Shown: positions 8,008 to 16,739 of the stretch, one piece after another | How the letters are laid out: each line of letters begins with the position of its first letter | How positions within the stretch are numbered: position 1 is the first letter of the stretch | Origin: Microaerobacter geothermalis | Lineage (GTDB): Bacteria; Bacillota; Bacilli; DSM-22679 | NCBI RefSeq assembly: GCF_021608135.1 | Contig: NZ_JAKIHL010000001.1 | Coordinates: forward strand, 321,744 to 353,743 | Reading direction: 5' to 3' | DNA length: 32,000 nt | Notes under the pieces: model-generated | Told to the model about the DNA's origin: nothing | Seen by the model: the letters and a program-made list of their open reading frames with translations, nothing else | Databases searched by the model: none | Made by a program: the position numbers and the translations under genes

Positions 8008-8766
8008 ATGGAAATACTGATAATATTATTCATCATCTTCTCCCTGTTTATCGGGTCGTTTCTTAACGTGGTGGCCCTGAGAATTCCAAAAGGGGAATCC
8101 ATTGTTTACCCGCCGTCTCACTGTCCTTCATGTAATCAGCGACTTAAACCTTGGGATTTGTTTCCCGTGTTCAGCTATATCTTTTTAAAGGGAAAATGCC
8201 GGTATTGCCGCAGGCCGATCTCTGTTCTTTATCCCCTTGGCGAAATATGGACGGCGGTTTTGTTTTTTTTCGCATTTGACCGCTTTGGATTTGACAAGGA
8301 ATTATGGATTGCCCTTCCCTTTTTGGCTATTCTTTCGGTTATTACCGTTAGTGATTTAAAATATCAGATCATTTCCAATAAAGTGGTCTATTCCGGGATG
8401 ATTTTATTTCTAATTCTAAGATTCTTTATCCGCCCTTTACCATACATAGACTATATTCTCGGGTTTTTCATTGCCGGGGGGTTGCTCTTTTTGATTGCAG
8501 TGATAACCCGGGGCGGAATGGGCGGAGGAGATATCAAATTGATGGCCATGATCGGATTGGTTATGGGCTGGAAAATGGCTTTGCTATCCTTCTTCATCGC
8601 TTCTTTTATCGGCGGAATGATTGGAGTTATGCTGTTGTTAACCGGAACCGTCAAGCGAAAAGAACCCATTCCCTTCGGCCCTTTTATTGCCATTGGAACA
8701 GCAGTTACCTATTTGTGGGGGGAAGCACTTCTTGATTATTATTTCAATATTTATTCACTATTTTAA
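8008..8766 (+). CDS. pilD: Prepilin peptidase / N-methyltransferase PilD (peptidase A24)
   Basis: Polytopic membrane protein. N-terminal Cys pairs CPSC...CRYC and the catalytic-Asp region GGGDIKLMAMIG typical of A24 prepilin peptidases. The track start TTG 7978 lies inside the pilA terminator stem. ATG 8008 follows RBS AAGGAG (7996-8001) and is preferred. Confidence 0.88.
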   Translation: MEILIILFIIFSLFIGSFLNVVALRIPKGESIVYPPSHCPSCNQRLKPWDLFPVFSYIFLKGKCRYCRRPISVLYPLGEIWTAVLFFFAFDRFGFDKELWIALPFLAILSVITVSDLKYQIISNKVVYSGMILFLILRFFIRPLPYIDYILGFFIAGGLLFLIAVITRGGMGGGDIKLMAMIGLVMGWKMALLSFFIASFIGGMIGVMLLLTGTVKRKEPIPFGPFIAIGTAVTYLWGEALLDYYFNIYSLF

Positions 8767-8829
8767 TATGAATCTTGGCAATCATTCATTTATCATATGT
8801 TACACTTAACTATTAGTAGATATAGAAGC

Positions 8830-8870
8830 GGACTAAAGATTTACACGTTCGCGAGTCGAGTTCTAAGCGA
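8830..8870 (-). repeat. Copy D: collapsed or solo arm of the palindromic repeat family
   Basis: GGACTAAAGATTTACACGTTCGCGAGTCGAGTTC matches the copy A left arm and the reverse complement of the copy C right arm. The following TAAGCGA matches the sequence after GAGTTCGTAC in the copy C left arm, so the element appears to have lost its whole interior. Confidence 0.55.
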
Positions 8871-8903
8871 AATATTGATACTATTTTTAGCAGGGAGAGA
8901 ATT

Positions 8904-9911
8904 ATGGGACTCTTTAATAAATTCCCTTCGTTTTTAGGATTAGAATTTAAGGATGATATGGTTAAAATAATAGAACTGGTTCATCAAAAAAAAGGGTATC
9001 AATTGAGGAAAGCCGTCTATTCTCCTCTTTCCAATGGACTTATTCAAAATGGTCACATTCATGATATGGACGGGTTAAGAAAAATGATCAAGCCGTTAAT
9101 AAAAGGAGAAAAATTTAAATCGAAAAAGGCGGTTCTTGCACTAAAAAGCGAGCAAATTATGCTTAGAACATTAAAACTTCCAAAATTACCTAAGAAGGAA
9201 TTGGAGAAAGTGATTTTACTAGAATTGGAGAATAACATTCAACTTCCTTTTAGTGACCCTGTTTTTGACTATATTTCATTGCCTCATCAGAATTCAGAAG
9301 GAACAGAACAAGAATTATTACTGGTGATTGCTCCGGGGAGTGTGGTAAGGCAATATGTTCAACTCAGCAAATTGCTAGGGTTAAAACCCATTTGCGTAGA
9401 TGTTCACTCACTTGCCATCTTAAGATTAATGAAATGGATAAGAAAGGAACTTCCAACGACATTTATGTCTGTGAATGTAGGCCATCATGGGGTGGATGTC
9501 AGCATATATCACCAAGGAATTTTAAGGTTGACAAGGAATATTTCACTTAGTTCATCGGACTATCTCATCAAATCCCCGGCAATTACCGATGCATTTTCCG
9601 CCATTCACTATCTGGAAAACAGTGATGGCCTGAAGTCTTATGCCCAGGATTTGGGACATGAGATTGAAAGGGTCATGAATTTTTATTTGTTTACCTTGAA
9701 TAATCGTGACCAAAACCTTGATGAGATTGTTCTTTGCGGGGAAGCTCCCAACATTTCGCTGTTAGGTGAGTATTTATCCACAAGATTGCAAGTCCCCGTT
9801 CAAGTGGAGGACTGGACAGGATATATCGAAAACCAGACAGATATGGACATCAAGGATATGTCTGTCTTTTCGGTTCCTATTGGTCTGGGTATGAAGGAAG
9901 TGAGCAGATGA
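8904..9911 (+). CDS. pilM: Type IV pilus assembly protein PilM (actin-like ATPase fold)
   Basis: 335 aa with RBS AGGGAGAG. N-terminal [15 protein letters not shown] resembles the start of PilM/FtsA-like proteins. Translationally coupled (ATGA overlap at 9908-9911) to a PilN-like gene. Confidence 0.75.
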
Positions 9912-10519
9912 TGGAAATAAACCTCCTACCTCGTGAACCTTTTATCATAAGGAATTTTTACCGTTTGCTTTTTCTGGCTTTTGCTTTGCTTTTGCTTATT
10001 TCCGCCATTCTTTTCAAATTTTATGTCTTTCAGCTTGAACAAAAGGATGAATTAACCAGGCAGTTAACCTCAAAAATAGAGCTGAAGCAAAAGATTGAAG
10101 AAATCATTTCAAACAATCAAAAGGTGGAGCAAATGGAAAAGCAGATGGCTGATATCAAACGGTATCAGGAAACCGTACTCTCTTTAGACAATAACAGGAT
10201 AAATTGGGGAATCATATTGGGAGCTGTTAAACAAGCTCTACCAAATGAAAGCCAAATTATTGACATTCAGGTTACAGATCAAGTTCTTGAAGGAAAAGCT
10301 GCCTTCCATTCACTGGATGAAGTAGTCTTATTTAGTGAAACCTTAAAGAAGAATGCTTTGGTAGAGGATATTTATATTCAATTCATTGAAAAACCAGAAG
10401 CAGAGTTATTGGTTGATTCCGAAAGGAAATCATTCCCTATGTTGTTTGTTCAGCCTAAGGGGAGCAAAGTTGTCCAGTTTACGTTATCCATTAGTAAGAA
10501 AAATGCCTCAGGAGAATGA
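9908..10519 (+). CDS. pilN: Type IV pilus assembly protein PilN (fimbrial assembly family)
   Basis: 203 aa. Hallmark N-terminus [10 protein letters not shown] (INLLP motif) followed by a single TM helix and a coiled-coil region. Overlaps both neighbours by 4 nt. Confidence 0.8.
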
Positions 10520-11274
10520 TGATGTTGTCACGTAATCCGCTTTCTTTTAAATCGATTTACACAATTCTTGTTTTTTTCACCATTGGAATCCTATTTATCG
10601 GGATTGCATTTTGGTGGTATGTGATGCCCAATATCAGGGAAAATGACCGATTGGAACAAGAAATTTCCGCAATTGAGGAGTGGGAACAGATCAACGGTGT
10701 GCTCATAAAAAAAGAGGTTCCCGAACCGATTACCAAGGAACAATTGGTCCGGTTAAATGAGATGGTCCCTGTGGAGAGGGAAGTGTCCCGATATTTATAC
10801 GATATTTATCAAATATTTAACCGTTTGAACTTGGATTTTGAACGGATAAAAATTGAAGAGGAATTGCCCTCAAACCCTTCATTATCAAATGACGTAAAAA
10901 TTCAGGCGGGAAATGGTGTGATCAATCAATCGACAAATGGTGTAAAAAACCAGGATGCTATTGGATCAAATAAGCAGACTTCCGATAATAACGAAAATAA
11001 CCTTCCCTATAAAAAAATTATATTTTCCATGACGATCGTAGGTGATTACCAGATCATGCAACAGGTGACGGAAGAATTATGGAAGCTGCCCCGGGTGGTA
11101 AAGTTTAACGAGATTAGATACTCTTTTTCAAAACAACCCAATATGTATGAAATTAATTATGTGTTTGAGATTTATTATTATGTGGAGCCTTTTAATAATG
11201 GATTGGAAACAAAATCTTTAAATATTCGTATTCCAAATCGTAAACCTATAAATGTGGTTCCATCATATTGGTGA
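10516..11274 (+). CDS. pilO: Type IV pilus assembly protein PilO-like
   Basis: 252 aa with a single N-terminal TM helix ([23 protein letters not shown]), a coiled-coil, and a C-terminal core ([36 protein letters not shown]) of the PilO type. Contains an N/Q/S-rich low-complexity insert. Position follows pilMN. Confidence 0.65.
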
Positions 11275-11295
11275 GGGGAAAACCCCTCATTTTTG
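11272..11295 (+). terminator. Intrinsic terminator ending the pil operon
   Basis: TGAGGGG-AAAA-CCCCTCA followed by TTTTT. The stem includes the pilO stop codon TGA 11272-11274. Confidence 0.8.
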
Positions 11296-11362
11296 TTCTA
11301 TCAATCTCTCATCTCTCATATAAAAATAGTAAAGGGAATTGTCCAAAGGAGAGATGATAGAC

Positions 11363-12442
11363 GTGAACAGTCCTCGAAAAAAGGAATTTCACACAAATAT
11401 TGCCAATTGGAATAAGCCCTCTTCTCCATTTTATTCGGGGGATGTGAGAAAAGCGGGGAAATTATGGGGGAGTAGAAATAAATGGAAAACGTTTAAGAAA
11501 AAAAACAAGAAAAATAAGAGGAAGATATCCTGGAAACAGTCAACCGGGGAATTAATGGGTTCTCCCTTTATGCAGTTGGTCTTCTCTATCCTTGGAGCGG
11601 TTGTGGTTGGTTTGGTATTGGGTTTTATGATCCTGTCCATGTTTTCCATTGGCGGAGAAAAGGCGAACTTGTCTTCGAAAGGAAAAATGGGCAATGTTTC
11701 TCCGACGGAAGGCAGTGACGTTTCTAATGCGGTACCTTTAGATGATGTTGTGATTAATCCTGCAGATACCGACGGAGAAAAAAGCAATTTGGCCGACAAT
11801 CCCAAGGGGAATGACATCATCATTCCTGCCAGAACCTATTATGTCATTCAGGGAGGCGTATTTTCGGACCAGAGCGGAGCCCAAATGGTATTGGATACCC
11901 ACCGCGGGAAGGGTTGGGCAGGTATCGTTGTTCCGGGAAAGGACCAAAACACCTATGCGTTTTATATGGGGGTCACCCAAAACAGGGATGATGCCATTGC
12001 TTTGGGTCAGTTTTACAAAGAAAAACAGGTGGAGATTTATGTAAAGGACATAACCTTTCCTGCTCAGATCACCCCTGTTTTCTCTCAGAATTCAGACCAA
12101 AATAGTTTCGCTTCCTTCATGGAAAAAGGAGATACTCTCTTTCAACAGATTTCCTCGATCAGTGCCAATGGGGTTGCCGGCGGCGGAATGACGAGCCAAT
12201 GGGCATCCATCCAGGAAAACCACCGTCTATACCTTGAAGAAGGGAAAAAGATATACAATGTACTATCCGGCGAAAGCCAGTTGATTTTTTCTCAAATGAT
12301 GAATGATGTTACCAAAGGGGTTACCGCCCTTCAAAGATATCAATCCCAGCCTTCTCCATCCTATTTATGGCAAGCACAGGATGGTTTGCTAAATTATATA
12401 CTTCATTATCAGCGATGGTTAAAAACTTTACCAAATCAGTAA
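11363..12442 (+). CDS. Membrane-anchored SPOR-domain-like protein, SpoIIB-like by position
   Basis: Lys-rich N-terminus (KKKNKKNKRK), one TM helix (FMQLVFSILGAVVVGLVLGFMILSMF), then YYVIQGGVFSDQSGAQMVL...AFYMGVTQNRDDAIALGQFYKEK, which resembles a SPOR peptidoglycan-binding repeat. It lies immediately upstream of maf-radC-mreB, where B. subtilis has spoIIB (recalled synteny). Start uncertain: track TTG 11339 and ATG 11354 lack proper RBS spacing. GTG 11363 lies 9 nt after AAGGAGAG. Confidence 0.55.
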   Translation: MNSPRKKEFHTNIANWNKPSSPFYSGDVRKAGKLWGSRNKWKTFKKKNKKNKRKISWKQSTGELMGSPFMQLVFSILGAVVVGLVLGFMILSMFSIGGEKANLSSKGKMGNVSPTEGSDVSNAVPLDDVVINPADTDGEKSNLADNPKGNDIIIPARTYYVIQGGVFSDQSGAQMVLDTHRGKGWAGIVVPGKDQNTYAFYMGVTQNRDDAIALGQFYKEKQVEIYVKDITFPAQITPVFSQNSDQNSFASFMEKGDTLFQQISSISANGVAGGGMTSQWASIQENHRLYLEEGKKIYNVLSGESQLIFSQMMNDVTKGVTALQRYQSQPSPSYLWQAQDGLLNYILHYQRWLKTLPNQ

Positions 12443-12592
12443 ACAGCCTTACCTGCAAAAAATGTTAAAGATGACATCTTGTCCTTCCTGATCTCATTTG
12501 CTACACTTAGGATAGTATTGAAAAAAATGGTATGAAAAACCTGGCAAGTACATTCTAATAATATTGACTAAAGGATATTAAGGTGACTACAA

Positions 12593-13180
12593 ATGACTGA
12601 ACCATTACGAAAAATTATATTGGCATCTTCATCCCCGCGGAGAAAGGAACTTCTTGGAAATTTGGGCCTTCAGTTTGAGGTGGAAGCCAGTGATGCAGAT
12701 GAAACCATTTCCGATTTCCTTTCCCCATCAGAGAATGTGATGGAACTGGCCCTCCGTAAGGCAAAGGCCGTCAGTCAATGGAAGAGGGAGGGTATTATTA
12801 TTGGAGCTGATACCATTGTGGTGTTGGAAAATGAGATACTGGGTAAACCCAGGGATCAAGAGGATGCCTTTTCCATGTTAACTCGGCTCCAGGGAAGAAT
12901 ACATGTGGTGTATAGCGGAGTTGCTTTAATAGACATGGATAATCAAAAGGAAGTGAAAGGCTTTCAATCCACGAAGGTTCATATGGTTCCTCTTGGTTCT
13001 GAAGAGATCAAAAGGTATGTTGCCACTGGGGAACCGATGGATAAAGCCGGTTCTTATGCCATTCAGGGAATGGGTGCCACTCTGATTGACTGGATTGAGG
13101 GATGCTATTTTAATGTTGTGGGCTTGCCCCTCGCCTTCCTTCGGGAAGAGCTTAAGAAACTGGGAATCCGCATCTTGTAA
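12593..13180 (+). CDS. maf: Maf-like nucleoside triphosphate pyrophosphatase (septum formation protein Maf)
   Basis: 195 aa. N-terminal ILASSSPRRKELL and internal GADT..V......GKP, SGV, DKAGSYAIQG motifs typical of Maf. Conserved maf-radC-mreB synteny. Confidence 0.9.
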   Translation: MTEPLRKIILASSSPRRKELLGNLGLQFEVEASDADETISDFLSPSENVMELALRKAKAVSQWKREGIIIGADTIVVLENEILGKPRDQEDAFSMLTRLQGRIHVVYSGVALIDMDNQKEVKGFQSTKVHMVPLGSEEIKRYVATGEPMDKAGSYAIQGMGATLIDWIEGCYFNVVGLPLAFLREELKKLGIRIL

Positions 13181-13237
13181 TGGGCATCACGGAAATATTG
13201 GGAAGGAATGGGTAAGTCCTCTAAGGAGGAGAAACAA

Positions 13238-13936
13238 TTGAACAACGGATTGTATCAAGGTTGGATGATCCGCGATGTACCGGTTGAGGAGAGGCCAAGG
13301 GAAAGATTGATGGAAAAAGGCCCCGAAGCTTTATCCAATGCTGAGCTAATTGCTATCTTGCTTAGGACGGGTTCCAATAATCAGTCTGCCATTTCCTTGG
13401 CACAGCAAATCCTTGAAGAAAGGGAAGGGTTAAGAGGTCTGGCTGAGATGTCCTTTCACGACTTAACGCAATGGAAAGGGGTTGGCCCTGCTAAGGCGGT
13501 TCAAGTGGTGGCGGGAATTGAATTGGGAAAACGTTTGGCCAAAGCTTTGCCGGAGTCTCGTTATACCATCCGTTCACCCCACGATGCAGCACAATATATG
13601 ATGGATGAACTTCGCTTTGCCCAACAGGAACATTTTGTCGTTTTGTTTTTAAATACGAAAAATCAGGTGATAGGGAAAAAAATTGTTTTTATCGGCAGTT
13701 TAAATGCTTCTATCGTTCATCCGCGGGAAGTATTTCGTGAAGCCATACGAAGAAGCAGCGCCTCCCTCATTTGTTTACATAATCATCCGAGTGGGGATCC
13801 CACTCCCAGTCGCGAAGATATTCAAGTGACCAAACGGTTAAAGGAAGCCGGGGAAATTATGGGGATCGAGTTATTGGATCATATCGTCATAGGGGATGGC
13901 AATTTTATTAGTTTGAAAGAAAAAGGATATATCTAG
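13238..13936 (+). CDS. radC: RadC-family JAB/MPN domain protein
   Basis: IRDVPVEERPRERL N-terminal motif, helix-hairpin-helix region, and JAMM-like motif HNHPSGDPTPSREDI. Track start ATG 13208 has no spaced RBS. In-frame TTG 13238 lies 8 nt after AAGGAGG (13223-13229). Confidence 0.88.
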   Translation: MNNGLYQGWMIRDVPVEERPRERLMEKGPEALSNAELIAILLRTGSNNQSAISLAQQILEEREGLRGLAEMSFHDLTQWKGVGPAKAVQVVAGIELGKRLAKALPESRYTIRSPHDAAQYMMDELRFAQQEHFVVLFLNTKNQVIGKKIVFIGSLNASIVHPREVFREAIRRSSASLICLHNHPSGDPTPSREDIQVTKRLKEAGEIMGIELLDHIVIGDGNFISLKEKGYI

Positions 13937-14008
13937 GATTCATTTTTTTCGGTATAATAAAAGGAGTGTAAATCAGGCTTGTCCTTTATGGAAGGGAGAT
14001 ACAACAAG

Positions 14009-15046
14009 ATGTTTGGCAGCTTTACGAGAGATTTGGGAATTGATTTGGGAACAGCAAATACGTTGGTTTACGTGAAAGGAAAAGGTATTGTGGTCAGGGA
14101 ACCTTCTGTGGTTGCCATTCGCACAGACACCAATAACATTGAAGCCGTAGGAAATGCGGCAAAAAATATGATTGGAAGAACTCCTGGCAACATAGTGGCT
14201 GTCAGGCCAATGAAGGATGGGGTCATTGCTGATTTTGATACAACGGCAACGATGATGAAATATTTTATCAGACAGGCCCAGAAAAATAAGGGGATTTTTA
14301 CCAGACGCCCCCATGTTATGGTTTGTGTTCCCTCTGGTATTACTGCTGTGGAAAAAAGAGCGGTGGAAGATGCCACGAAGCAGGCGGGAGCAAGGGAAGC
14401 TTATACCATTGAAGAACCCTTTGCAGCAGCTATCGGTGCTGATTTGCCAGTTTGGGAACCTACGGGAAGCATGGTTGTGGATATTGGCGGGGGAACAACA
14501 GAAGTGGCGATCATTTCCCTCGGGGGAATTGTAACCAGCCGATCCATTCGGGTGGCAGGAGACGAAATGGATGAAGCGATCATTCAGTACATTAAGAAGA
14601 TGTATAATTTAATGATTGGGGAACGAACTGCGGAGACCTTAAAAATGGAAATTGGTTCTGCTATTGCTCCTGAGAAAAAGGAGACCATGGATGTCCGCGG
14701 ACGGGATCTGGTGACTGGTCTGCCTAAAACACTAACCATCAGTTCCAATGAAATTGCTGAAGCGTTAAAGGATACGGTAAACAGTATCATTGATGCCGTA
14801 AAAATCACCTTGGAGAAAAGTCCGCCTGAATTGGCGGCTGATATTATGGATAGGGGAATTGTATTAACAGGGGGAGGAGCCCTGCTTCGAAATTTGGACA
14901 AGTTGCTCAGTCGCGAGACAGGAATGCCGGTATTGGTTGCTGAAAGTGCATTGGATTGTGTAGCCATAGGAACCGGTCGCGCACTAGAGAATATTCACCT
15001 TTTTAAATCAAAGGGAGGCGTCAGCTCCCCCCGTGGAAAAAGATAA
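14009..15046 (+). CDS. mreB: Rod-shape-determining actin homologue MreB
   Basis: [28 protein letters not shown]... is a canonical MreB N-terminus. ATG 14009 follows RBS GGGAG (13994-13998). The track extension from TTG 13979 adds 10 non-conserved residues. Confidence 0.93.
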   Translation: MFGSFTRDLGIDLGTANTLVYVKGKGIVVREPSVVAIRTDTNNIEAVGNAAKNMIGRTPGNIVAVRPMKDGVIADFDTTATMMKYFIRQAQKNKGIFTRRPHVMVCVPSGITAVEKRAVEDATKQAGAREAYTIEEPFAAAIGADLPVWEPTGSMVVDIGGGTTEVAIISLGGIVTSRSIRVAGDEMDEAIIQYIKKMYNLMIGERTAETLKMEIGSAIAPEKKETMDVRGRDLVTGLPKTLTISSNEIAEALKDTVNSIIDAVKITLEKSPPELAADIMDRGIVLTGGGALLRNLDKLLSRETGMPVLVAESALDCVAIGTGRALENIHLFKSKGGVSSPRGKR

Positions 15047-15068
15047 ACTTACTTTGTGGGAATCAGAC

Positions 15069-15320
15069 GGAACTAAAGAATTCACTAAGGACAGCCTTCG
15101 AGTTCGTACTTAAGCATTAAATCTAACGAACGGGAATTCGCCCTCAAACTGACTGCACCTTTGAAATACCCAGATGTTTTTGAGGGCGCCGTTCATTAGA
15201 CTTAATGCGGATCTTGATTACTTCCTGCACGAACTCGACTAGCGGACGTGTGAATCTTTGATATGAAAATACATGTTCATATCAATTTGTGACCCTTCGG
15301 GTCATGGAGGTTTAGTTCCG
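15069..15320 (+). repeat. Copy B of the palindromic MITE-like repeat, carrying an extra ~51-nt insertion in its right arm
   Basis: The left arm GGAACTAAAGAATTCACTAAGGACAGCCTTCGAGTTCGTACT differs from the copy C left arm at 2 of 42 positions. Conserved core CCCTCAAACTGAC...TTGAAATACCCAGATGTTTTTGAGGG. The right arm ...GAACTCGACTAGCGGACGTGTGAATCTTT is interrupted at 15260-15310, then ends TTTAGTTCC. It fills the mreB-mreC spacer. Confidence 0.75.
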
Positions 15321-15342
15321 CATATAAAAGGGTGTTTTGCCG

Positions 15343-16203
15343 ATGAATTTTTTTATGAACAAAAGGTTAGTCATTCTTCTCTTTAGTTTGATCACCCTCG
15401 TTATTTTTGTCGGGATCACCTTGGGACTGAGAGAGAAGACGACTTTACCTGAAAAAATGTTGTTGGATACAACATCTATTTTTCAAAGGATATTTTACAA
15501 ACCCGCTAGCAGCATAGCGGGTTTATTTCAGAATGTAAAAGATATGTATTCCATTTATGAAGAAAATAAGGTTCTGAAGTCTAACCTGGAAAAGTTTGCC
15601 CAAGTGTCAGCTGAACTCAACCGATTAAAAGATGAGAATCAGCGTCTTAGGGAAATGCTGGACGCCAAGGAATCGATGTCAGATTATAAATTGCTCGTTG
15701 CGGAAGTGATTGCTAGAAGTCCTGATCGTTGGAACAATGTCATTATCATTGATAAAGGATCTAAAAACGGCATTAAAAAAGATATGGCTGTCTTATCTCC
15801 CAAAGGATTAATTGGCAGTGTGCAAAGAGTAGCCAATTTTTCCTCTTCTGTTCAGCTGTTAACGGATGTTGAGAGGGGAAGCCAAATTTCTGTAGTGGTT
15901 CAGGGGGATCAGTCAGTATTCGGCATTATTGAGGGATATATTTTTGAAGAAGGCCTGCTGGTCATGAGGAAGGTCCCCATTGAATCGCCTCTTAAGCCGG
16001 GACAGATGGTGGTCACCTCGGGATTGGGGGGAGTTTTTCCGCCAGGTCTCCTTGTTGGTGAAGTGACTCAGGTCGTCACCGGGGATTACGGATTAACCCA
16101 AATGGCCTACGTAAAGCCTGCGGCTGATTTTTATCGCTTAAATGAAGTTTTTGTGGTGGAAAGATCCTTTGTCGTTCCCTCTGATCAGGGGGTCCAACCA
16201 TGA
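15343..16203 (+). CDS. mreC: Rod-shape-determining protein MreC
   Basis: N-terminal TM helix, coiled-coil (LKSNLEKFAQVSAELNRLKDENQRLREML), and beta-rich C-terminal domain with GLIG.V and TSGLGGVFP.GL.VG motifs typical of MreC. ATG 15343 preferred over track TTG 15337. Confidence 0.9.
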   Translation: MNFFMNKRLVILLFSLITLVIFVGITLGLREKTTLPEKMLLDTTSIFQRIFYKPASSIAGLFQNVKDMYSIYEENKVLKSNLEKFAQVSAELNRLKDENQRLREMLDAKESMSDYKLLVAEVIARSPDRWNNVIIIDKGSKNGIKKDMAVLSPKGLIGSVQRVANFSSSVQLLTDVERGSQISVVVQGDQSVFGIIEGYIFEEGLLVMRKVPIESPLKPGQMVVTSGLGGVFPPGLLVGEVTQVVTGDYGLTQMAYVKPAADFYRLNEVFVVERSFVVPSDQGVQP

Positions 16204-16727
16204 ATCAGATTATTTTTTCCTTGATTTTGCTTGTTCTTTTTATCGTTGAAGGAACGACTTTTCAAGTCTTTTATGCCGATTTAACAGATCTTACCTATGT
16301 GATGATTCCCCGGTATGCTTTAACCTTTATTTTATATGCTTCCTTTTATATTGGAAGAATAAGGGGAATGTGGTATGGAATTGCCATAGGTTTTCTTCAG
16401 GATATCATTTATGGTGATATTGTAGGAATCTATACCTTTACCATGGGGGTAGTGGCTTATTTTTCCGGTCTTACCTTTAAAATTTTTCACCCAAATGTTC
16501 TTCTCATCATCCTTTCCTTGGGAGCCTCTCTTTTCTTTCATGAAGGAATAGCCTATGGGTTATTCTATTTATTTTCACTCACAGACGTAGGATGGAGATG
16601 GCAGTTGAGCAATGTGTGGATCCCAACCGTTCTGTTAAATATGGGATTTGGGATATTGGTCCATTATGTGACCCAAAGGTGGATGGTTACATTGGATGGA
16701 CTAGAAGAAGAGGAGAAGTCATCATAG
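16200..16727 (+). CDS. mreD: Rod-shape-determining protein MreD
   Basis: 175-aa polytopic membrane protein, ATGA-coupled to mreC, in the conserved mreBCD position. Confidence 0.8.
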   Translation: MNQIIFSLILLVLFIVEGTTFQVFYADLTDLTYVMIPRYALTFILYASFYIGRIRGMWYGIAIGFLQDIIYGDIVGIYTFTMGVVAYFSGLTFKIFHPNVLLIILSLGASLFFHEGIAYGLFYLFSLTDVGWRWQLSNVWIPTVLLNMGFGILVHYVTQRWMVTLDGLEEEEKSS

Positions 16728-16739
16728 GGGGCTATAGTA

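Noticed and set aside
14068-14967. Several minus-strand ORFs (13973-14314, 14068-14376, 14401-14583, 14584-14967) opposite mreB
   Set aside because: MreB identity on the plus strand is unambiguous. These are antisense shadow ORFs.
15291-15304. Possible C(UUCG)G tetraloop hairpin in the copy B insertion
   Set aside because: The register does not fit. The best pairing TGACCC/GGGTCA leaves a 3-nt TTC loop, and a UUCG tetraloop register breaks the stem. Reported only as a short GC-rich hairpin.
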